A stretch of 61,551 nucleotides of DNA, counting the filler. It is 4 parts of 4 records of this genome, joined end to end, with 100 filler letters (N's around TTAATTAATTAA, not from the genome) between each part and the next. Parts side by side here need not be neighbours in the genome. Positions count along the whole stretch, not along the records: positions 52,826 to 61,551 come from SRR20825019_949; 3 more parts are not named here. One strand, given 5' to 3'. The notes below the pieces were generated by a model. The model was given only the letters and a program-made list of their open reading frames with translations. It did not search any database and had not been told where the DNA came from. Of this stretch, positions 55,225 to 61,551 are shown piece after piece. Each line of letters begins with the position of its first letter. Position 1 is the first letter of the stretch. A program made the position numbers and the translations under genes.

Positions 55225-55782
55225 ATGTCCGAACGTATTGTCTATCAACTTAATGCTCTGGCCCTTCTGGGCATTTCGACTGTTTTGCTGTTCGCATTTT
55301 ACGCGCAGTTTGCCGATGGCGAGTTGCCATGTCCGCTGTGCCTTTTGCAGCGTGGCGGTTTTGTTCTCGTGGGAACGGCACTGGCTTTGAACCTGCTGCT
55401 GGGCGTGCGTGCCAGCCATTATGGGCTCATGATCCTGGGGGCCGTTGCAGGTGGCACTGCAGCCCTTCGTCAGGTGGCCTTGCATGTGGTTCCTGGCACC
55501 GGCGGTTATGGCGCACCTTTCCTGGGGATGCATTTTTACACCTGGGCGTTTGTGCTGTTCGTCCTGGTTGTGCTTGGTGCAGGCATCATGCTGCTGCTCG
55601 GCGGTTTTGCCAGAGACATGTCCACGACGAAAAAAGCGACGGGACTGGGCCTCGTTGCTGTGGTGTTTTTCGCTGTCATGGCCGTTGGCAATGGTGTTTC
55701 GACGCTTGCCGAATGCGGGCTGGGCCTTTGCCCGGATAATCCGGTCAGCTACGAAGCGCTTGATGCGTTGATCGGGCGCTGA
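55225..55782 (+). CDS. Disulfide bond formation protein DsbB/DsbI family
   Basis: AAGGAGG RBS; ELPCPLCLLQR, RQVALHV, C-terminal ECGLGLCPDNP. Confidence 0.88.
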   Translation: MSERIVYQLNALALLGISTVLLFAFYAQFADGELPCPLCLLQRGGFVLVGTALALNLLLGVRASHYGLMILGAVAGGTAALRQVALHVVPGTGGYGAPFLGMHFYTWAFVLFVLVVLGAGIMLLLGGFARDMSTTKKATGLGLVAVVFFAVMAVGNGVSTLAECGLGLCPDNPVSYEALDALIGR

Positions 55783-55794
55783 CCTTGAATAAAG

Positions 55795-55825
55795 AACCGG
55801 GGCTGCAAAGGTGCCCCGGTTTTTT
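55795..55825. terminator. Rho-independent terminator between convergent dsbB-like and acr3
   Basis: AACCGGGGC...GCCCCGGTT + T run. Confidence 0.8.
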
Positions 55826-55829
55826 CAAT

Positions 55830-56894
55830 TCAGCTTGCTTTCCGGGGCTTCGCATTGTTGCGTGAAACGGCGGAGCCGCTTTCATACCAACCCTTGCTGC
55901 GGTTGACGATATAGACCACCGAAAGCATGACCGGCACTTCGATCAATACGCCAACGACCGTTGCCAGTGCGGCGCCGGAATTGAAACCGAACAGGCTGAT
56001 GGCAGCGGCTACGGCCAGCTCGAAGAAATTTGAGGCGCCGATCAGGGCTGACGGTCCGGCGACACAATGCTCTTCGCCGGATGCGCGGTTCAAGAGATAG
56101 GCGAGGCCGGAGTTGAAATACACCTGGATCAGGATCGGAACGGCCAGAAGCGCGATGATCATCGGCTGTGCCAGGATCTGTTCCCCCTGAAAGCCGAACA
56201 GCAGTACCAGCGTCGCCAGCAGGGCAACGAGCGAGGCGGGTTGCAGCTTTGCCAGCAGTGCATCGAGGCGTGCCGTCGAGCCGTTGCCGAGCAGCGCCTT
56301 GCGGATAATCTGCGAAATAATCACCGGGATTATGATGTAAAGGGCCACCGAAAGCACCAGCGTGTTCCATGGCACGGTAATGGCGGAAAGCCCAAGCAGC
56401 AGCGCCACGATAGGCGCGAAGGCAACGATCATGATCGCATCGTTAAGGGCTACCTGAGACAGGGTGAAGTGAGGCTCTCCCTTGGTGAGCCCGGACCAGA
56501 CGAATACCATCGCGGTGCACGGGGCCGCTGCCAGAATGATCAGACCGGCAATATAGGAATCGATCTGATCGGCAGGCAGGAGCGGACGGAAAAGCCAGCC
56601 GATGAAAAGCCAGCCGAGCAGTGCCATGGAAAAAGGTTTTACCGCCCAGTTGACGAAGAGCGTGACGCTGATGCCACGCCAGTGACGCCCCACCTCAGTC
56701 AGCGCGGAAAAATCGATGCGCAGCAGCATCGGAATGATCATCAGCCAGATCAGCACCGCAACCGGCAGGTTGACCTTGGCGATTTCGAGCGCGCCAACGG
56801 CATGGAAGGCTGCCGGGAAGAAGTGACCGAGTGAAACGCCCGCGACAATGCACAGCGCCACCCAAAGGGTCAGATAACGTTCAAATGTTGACAT
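55830..56894 (-). CDS. acr3: Arsenite efflux transporter Acr3
   Basis: FERYLTLWV, NWAVKPF, AAAPCTAMVFVW, GASNFFELAVA, LIEVPVML. Confidence 0.96.
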   Translation of the reverse strand: MSTFERYLTLWVALCIVAGVSLGHFFPAAFHAVGALEIAKVNLPVAVLIWLMIIPMLLRIDFSALTEVGRHWRGISVTLFVNWAVKPFSMALLGWLFIGWLFRPLLPADQIDSYIAGLIILAAAPCTAMVFVWSGLTKGEPHFTLSQVALNDAIMIVAFAPIVALLLGLSAITVPWNTLVLSVALYIIIPVIISQIIRKALLGNGSTARLDALLAKLQPASLVALLATLVLLFGFQGEQILAQPMIIALLAVPILIQVYFNSGLAYLLNRASGEEHCVAGPSALIGASNFFELAVAAAISLFGFNSGAALATVVGVLIEVPVMLSVVYIVNRSKGWYESGSAVSRNNAKPRKAS

Positions 56895-56896
56895 TC

Positions 56897-57424
56897 TTAA
56901 TGCGCCTTCCGGGCTTTGTCGGTTGCGCCATCCATGGCGCCGATTTCTTTCAGCTTCGAATCGATGCTTTCATCTTCGATGGTTTCGTTTGTCAGGTTGA
57001 TGAAAGCCGTGATCCGACTTTTGAGGTAGGTCGCCGCCTGGGAGAAGGCGCGGAGCTTTTCCTCATCGCTTCCCTCCACATGGCTGGGATCTTCCACGCC
57101 CCAGTGAGTGCGCTTGCCCGGACCGCGCATGATCGGGCAGGCTTCTCCGGCGGCGCTGTCGCAGACGGTGATGATGAAATCGATTTCGGGCGCACCGGGG
57201 ACTGTGAACTCATCCCAGCTCTTCGAAGCGAACCCTTCGGCGGCATATCCCATTTCCTTCAGCGTTTTCAGCGCCAACGGATTGACCTCACCTTTCGGAT
57301 GACTTCCGGCAGAAAAAGCCCTGAAACGGCCGTTGCCTTCTCCGTTCAAGATGGATTCCGCCAGAATCGAGCGGGCAGAATTGCCGGTGCAGAGAAAAAG
57401 AACATTATAGGTCTTGCTGGTCAT
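56897..57424 (-). CDS. arsC: Arsenate reductase, LMW-PTP fold
   Basis: FLCTGNSARS, VCDSAAGEACP, HWGVEDP. Confidence 0.93.
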   Translation of the reverse strand: MTSKTYNVLFLCTGNSARSILAESILNGEGNGRFRAFSAGSHPKGEVNPLALKTLKEMGYAAEGFASKSWDEFTVPGAPEIDFIITVCDSAAGEACPIMRGPGKRTHWGVEDPSHVEGSDEEKLRAFSQAATYLKSRITAFINLTNETIEDESIDSKLKEIGAMDGATDKARKAH

Positions 57425-57803
57425 TTCGGGGGCTCCCGCCTTTGGAATTGGTTGAGGTGTCCTCTACGGCTGTGCAGCATGGTGCCAGCTTTTCGATCAG
57501 CGGTTCGCATAGATCCGGGTTGCCGCCGCAGCAGTCGCGCAGGAGGTAAAGCATTGCCGCACGAAAGCCCTTGATATCCGCCCGGTAGATAATCGAGCGG
57601 CCTTGTCTTTCTTTCCTGACGATGCCCGCATTGGTCAGCGTCGAGAGATGCGCGGACATCGTGTTTTGCGGAACGGAAAGCTGCTTTGCCAGTTCGCCGG
57701 CTGCAACGCCATCCGGTTCGCTTTCAATGAGAAGCCGAAAGGTTTGCAGCCGCGTTGTTTGTGCCAGTGCGGACAATGCCGCGATTGTTTCAATTTCATC
57801 CAT
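57405..57803 (-). CDS. arsR: ArsR/SmtB repressor with C-terminal CC-x6-C site
   Basis: ALAQTTRL, PQNTMSAHL, GRSIIY, DCCGGNPDLC, extra PCC. Confidence 0.92.
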   Translation of the reverse strand: MDEIETIAALSALAQTTRLQTFRLLIESEPDGVAAGELAKQLSVPQNTMSAHLSTLTNAGIVRKERQGRSIIYRADIKGFRAAMLYLLRDCCGGNPDLCEPLIEKLAPCCTAVEDTSTNSKGGSPRNDQQDL

Positions 57804-57838
57804 ATATCCAGATTAATGGATATATTGTGAGAAATCAA
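57802..57838 (-). promoter_or_regulatory. ars promoter/operator: TTGATT-17-TAATCT with a 9-6-9 inverted repeat
   Basis: ATATATCCA-gattaa-TGGATATAT (57802-57825) overlaps the -10 box and the start codon. Confidence 0.8.
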
Positions 57839-57966
57839 GAGGCTTTGTACTGATTCAGTGCAGTCCGGGCCGGACCACATTTTGCTGTACGGGCAAGGAA
57901 AGGCCAATTGACATGATGGAGGGACAGACCTGAATTCCGACCGGTGGCGTTGCGTCGGCCTTGCCG

Positions 57967-58341
57967 TTATTCGTTCCGGTCGCGTTCATAGTGATTTTTG
58001 AGTGGAAACGGCGGTAGCCATGACTCGCGGCGATTGGTCCAGAGTTCATAGGTCGGCATCAACTGGTCTGTTTTATCCATTGAACCGAGGTTGACCTCGA
58101 TCTCGTCATTCGTGCAGGAAAAAACCGATGATCCGCATTTGGGGCAGAAATGTCTTCCTTCGTAGGAACGGGTCTGTCCTTTGATCGTTACAGCACTCTG
58201 ATTGAAAACGGCGGAGGCGTGAAAAAGGGCACCGTGAAATTTGCGGCAATCAAGACAGTGACAAAGCCCGACGCGATCAGGCTGGCCTGTAGTCTGAAAC
58301 CGGATATCGCCGCACAGGCAGCCGCCGTTCAATTTTTGCAC
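57967..58341 (-). CDS. GFA (CENP-V) family protein
   Basis: GGCLCG, CHCLDCRK, RHFCPKCGS. Confidence 0.9.
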   Translation of the reverse strand: MQKLNGGCLCGDIRFQTTGQPDRVGLCHCLDCRKFHGALFHASAVFNQSAVTIKGQTRSYEGRHFCPKCGSSVFSCTNDEIEVNLGSMDKTDQLMPTYELWTNRRESWLPPFPLKNHYERDRNE

Positions 58342-58391
58342 TATGCATCTCCCAGAAGTTGAATTCCTGGCGTGTTTGAAACCTGTTGTTC

Positions 58392-58997
58392 CTAAAGGCT
58401 GGTTCTTGATCGAAGCGCTGCGATCAGCGTGCCTTCGTCAAGATAGTCGAGCTCGCCACCGACCGGCACACCGTGGGCAAGCCGGGTGACCTTGATATCG
58501 AGATCTTCCAGCTGATCGGTGATGTAATGCGCGGTTGCCTGCCCTTCGACGGTTGCGTTCACAGCTATGATCAGTTCCTTGACCTCACCGGATTTAACCC
58601 GGTCCACCAGCGTGGTAATGGTCAGGTCGTCGGGGCCGATCCCATCAAGCGGGGAGAGTGTGCCGCCGAGCACATGATAGGCGGCGTTGAGTGCGGCAGC
58701 GCGCTCCAGTGCCCACAGATCGCCAACATCTTCCACAACGATAACAACGCTCTGGTCGCGAGTCGGATCGGTGCAGATGGTACAGGGATCGGCGGTGTCG
58801 ACATTGCCGCAGGTCGAGCAGACCTTCACCTTGTCATAGGCCTCCTGCAGCGCACCGGAAAGTGGCCCCATCAGTAGATCTTTTTTCTTGATAAGGTGCA
58901 GCGCAGCACGCCGCGCCGAGCGAGGGCCAAGTCCCGGCACTTTCGCGAGAAGCTGGATCAGTTTTTCGATTTCGGGGCCGGTGACTCGTTTTGCCAT
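58392..58997 (-). CDS. recR: Recombination mediator RecR
   Basis: [11 protein letters not shown]4 zinc finger, [17 protein letters not shown]. Confidence 0.97.
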   Translation of the reverse strand: MAKRVTGPEIEKLIQLLAKVPGLGPRSARRAALHLIKKKDLLMGPLSGALQEAYDKVKVCSTCGNVDTADPCTICTDPTRDQSVVIVVEDVGDLWALERAAALNAAYHVLGGTLSPLDGIGPDDLTITTLVDRVKSGEVKELIIAVNATVEGQATAHYITDQLEDLDIKVTRLAHGVPVGGELDYLDEGTLIAALRSRTSL

Positions 58998-59035
58998 GAG
59001 GAGGCTCTAGCGTATTTGGCTGTGTTTGGGAATCT

Positions 59036-59647
59036 TTACCGTGCAGCAATCGCCGCTGCCGCGCTGCCGATCATTCCGGCGCTGACACGGTTGGCAATTT
59101 TCATGGCGCGCGGGCTTTTAAGGAGCCTGCGTGCCTTCGAGGCCAGAAAGACCCATGAAAGATCAACAACGGCCAGCACCGCAAGCAGCGTTGCGGTCAG
59201 TTCCAGCCAACCGAAGACAGTCACGCGGCTTAGGTCGATGATCGTCGGAAGCAGCGCGACGTAAAACATCATGATTTTCGGATTGCCAAGCGTCACGCTC
59301 ATGCCGGTCAGAAACATTTTCCAGCCTGACCCGGCTTGCGGCAGTTCCTCACTGTCGGATGCGGGTTCGGAAAACCACATCTTCCAGGCCAGATAGATAA
59401 GGTAGGCAACGCCGGCCCACTTAATCACCACAAACACGCCGTGAAAACTGGCCGCGACCGCAACCAGTCCGAAGACGGCCAGCGTCAGCCACAGCGCCTC
59501 GCCCAGCCACATGGCCGCCAGAAACGGCAGCACATCGCGATGGCCGCGCGTCAGGACGCGGGCAACTAGCGCCGCCACGCTCGGTCCGGGCGAACCAGCG
59601 GCAACAAACAGCGTGATGGCGAAGAGGGCGAGAGCGCTTGTGGTCAT
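59036..59647 (-). CDS. LysE/RhtB family translocator
   Basis: SPGP, KWAGVAYLIYLAWK, GNPK. Confidence 0.92.
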   Translation of the reverse strand: MTTSALALFAITLFVAAGSPGPSVAALVARVLTRGHRDVLPFLAAMWLGEALWLTLAVFGLVAVAASFHGVFVVIKWAGVAYLIYLAWKMWFSEPASDSEELPQAGSGWKMFLTGMSVTLGNPKIMMFYVALLPTIIDLSRVTVFGWLELTATLLAVLAVVDLSWVFLASKARRLLKSPRAMKIANRVSAGMIGSAAAAIAAR

Positions 59648-59658
59648 GGGTGTCAGCT

Positions 59659-59982
59659 CTAGAAAGGCAGCTTCATGCCGGGGGGAATCGGTAAACCTGC
59701 CGTCAGTTCCTTGGTCATTTCCTCGGCCTTCTGCTCGGCCTGCTCCTTGGCGTCGCGATGAGCTGCGACGATCAGGTCTTCCAGCATTTCGCTGTCATCT
59801 TCGGACAGAAGTGTCGGGTCGATCTTGATCGAAAGCATTTCGCCCTTGCCGGTCATCTTGATTGTAACCATACCGCCGCCGGAAACGCCCTCAACTTCGG
59901 TCGCAGCGATATCTTCCTGCAACTGCTCCATCTTGGACTGCATTTCCTTCATCTTGCCCATCATGCCCATAAGGTCACGCAT
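59659..59982 (-). CDS. ybaB: YbaB/EbfC nucleoid-associated protein
   Basis: GVSGGGMV, LEDLIVAA, PPGMKLPF. Confidence 0.95.
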   Translation of the reverse strand: MRDLMGMMGKMKEMQSKMEQLQEDIAATEVEGVSGGGMVTIKMTGKGEMLSIKIDPTLLSEDDSEMLEDLIVAAHRDAKEQAEQKAEEMTKELTAGLPIPPGMKLPF

Positions 59983-60008
59983 GCATTTCTCCTTGGATAT
60001 TCTGTTTT

Positions 60009-61551
60009 CTAGAATTCTTCATCGAGATCGTCGCCCGGCAATATGTCGCCGTCATCATTGATTGCCGCGTCGGGTGCATCTTCCGTCTCGCCGGTTTCGG
60101 GCGCTTCGTCGGCACGCACCCTGACGTCGGTGATTCTGGCGCCGGGAAACATCTTCATGATTGCGATGATTTCCGGTGTTTCGCTGGCATCACGGAAAAG
60201 CTGCGCCCGTTCGGCAGCCTCGGCTTCCAGAAGCGTCGGTTCACCCGGTTCGCTGCTTAAAACGATCACCCACTTTTCGCCGGTCCACTCTTTCAGCTTC
60301 GGTCCGAGTTCCTGCGAAAGCGAACGCGGAGCACCCGGCTCAAGCCGGATCTCGATCTGACCGCTCTCGCCGTCGGTGCCTGGCTTCAGCCGGACCATAT
60401 GCACGAAATTGCGGATCTCTGCACGCAGCTTGATCGCCCTGTGCTGGCTGCAAAGATCAGTGATATCCCTTAAGGATCTGATTTTTGAAGATGACAGCGC
60501 GCTGTTGTCTTCCGTCGCTTTCGCTGGTTGGGCATCGATCGGTTCCGGCGTAGTGACCGTTTGATCTACGGGCTCGGTCTCTTCCTCCGGCGCAGCAGTT
60601 TCCACCTTTGTTCGAGCTTCCGGCTCCACTTCCTGAGGCGCGCGCGCTTCTGCCGATTGCGTTCGCAGCATGGTTACGGTTGCAGAGCGCCGCTCCGATT
60701 GTCCGCTTGCGGGTGCCTGCGTACGATTTTGCGGCGGGGCGTCTGTCGCGGGCTTTGCAGGTGTGGCACTTCGCGTTTGCGCATTCGCCTGTGGTGCTGC
60801 CGGGGCGGATCGGGATGCTGGCGCTGAAGGTGTTGCGGCCTCACCGCTTTCCAGGGCCATCAGACGGCGGGCTGCATCTTCCGGCGATGGCAGACTTGCG
60901 GCATGGGCAAGGCGGATCAGCACCATCTCTGCCGCGCCATAGGGGCGGGCGGCGTTTTCGGCTTCCGGAATGCCTTTCAGCAACATCTGCCAGATGCGTG
61001 AGAGCGCTGAAACGGCGATACTTTGCGCATACTCCGCACCCTGTGTGCGTTCAATTTCGCTCAAGGAGACATCTTCCGTCCCGTCATTGACGAATTTCAG
61101 TCGGGTCACAAGATGGGTGAAGTCGGCGAGGTCTGTCAGCACGACGACCGGGTTGGCGCCGGCTTCATACTGTGACTGAAACTCGTGAAGGGCTGCGGCG
61201 ACATCGCCTGAAACGACATGCCCAAACAGATCGACAATGCGGGCGCGATCGGCCAGCCCCAGCATCCCACGCACGGCGTCTGCTTCAACCTTGCCACTGC
61301 CGTGGGAAATGGCCTGATCCAGCAATGAGAGGCCGTCACGCGCCGAGCCTTCTGCGGCACGTGCGATCATCGATACGGCGTCATCCTCGATCTCCACGCC
61401 TTCCTTGGCGCAGATGGTCATGAACAGCCTGACGAGATCTGCCGCGGGAATACGGCGCAGATCAAAGCGCTGGCAACGCGACAGCACAGTAATAGGCACT
61501 TTGCGGATTTCGGTCGTGGCAAAGATGAATTTCACATGCTCCGGCGGCTCT
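60009..61551 (-). CDS. dnaX: DNA polymerase III gamma/tau, 3' part (truncated)
   Basis: EPPEHVKFIFATTE, VLSRCQRF, EGSARDGLSLLDQ; Pro/Ala-rich linker. Confidence 0.96.
   Translation of the reverse strand, partial: EPPEHVKFIFATTEIRKVPITVLSRCQRFDLRRIPAADLVRLFMTICAKEGVEIEDDAVSMIARAAEGSARDGLSLLDQAISHGSGKVEADAVRGMLGLADRARIVDLFGHVVSGDVAAALHEFQSQYEAGANPVVVLTDLADFTHLVTRLKFVNDGTEDVSLSEIERTQGAEYAQSIAVSALSRIWQMLLKGIPEAENAARPYGAAEMVLIRLAHAASLPSPEDAARRLMALESGEAATPSAPASRSAPAAPQANAQTRSATPAKPATDAPPQNRTQAPASGQSERRSATVTMLRTQSAEARAPQEVEPEARTKVETAAPEEETEPVDQTVTTPEPIDAQPAKATEDNSALSSSKIRSLRDITDLCSQHRAIKLRAEIRNFVHMVRLKPGTDGESGQIEIRLEPGAPRSLSQELGPKLKEWTGEKWVIVLSSEPGEPTLLEAEAAERAQLFRDASETPEIIAIMKMFPGARITDVRVRADEAPETGETEDAPDAAINDDGDILPGDDLDEEF

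Overview
This window is not one locus. It is four unrelated contigs joined by artificial 100-bp spacers (44 N + TTAATTAATTAA + 44 N, at 6944-7043, 22270-22369 and 52726-52825). (1) 1-6943 is a Flavobacteriia-like sulfur/redox cluster: rhodanese (nonsense-mutated), peroxiredoxin, two methyltransferases (one frameshifted), MBL-rhodanese, sterol-desaturase-like, TauE, Crp/Fnr and DUF983. Five GTAAC-N4-GTTAC palindromes each lie exactly 22 nt from a Bacteroidetes -7-like element, which points to a self-contained Crp/Fnr regulon. (2) 7044-22269 is a GC-rich, compact, intron-containing eukaryote, probably a flagellated protist: UGDH, a class V PLP lyase with a GC-AG intron, a GT41 OGT-like protein with an N-terminal hydrophobic leader, a DOT1-like methyltransferase, a KEN-box-rich C2H2 protein, a Patched/NPC1-like protein and ARL6/BBS3. 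(3) 22370-52725 is a very AT-rich Rickettsiales-like genome with housekeeping genes and three tRNAs. It carries a candidate effector island at 34120-39570: a His-Asp-Cys CE-clan-like orphan protein, an ankyrin-like/TPR protein and a decayed ankyrin-F-box gene. (4) 52826-61551 is a Rhizobiales-like region with agcS, a small membrane protein plus DsbB-like pair, a leaderless arsR-arsC-acr3 operon, and dnaX-ybaB-(lysE)-recR. Family calls come from motif recognition by eye; no database search was run.
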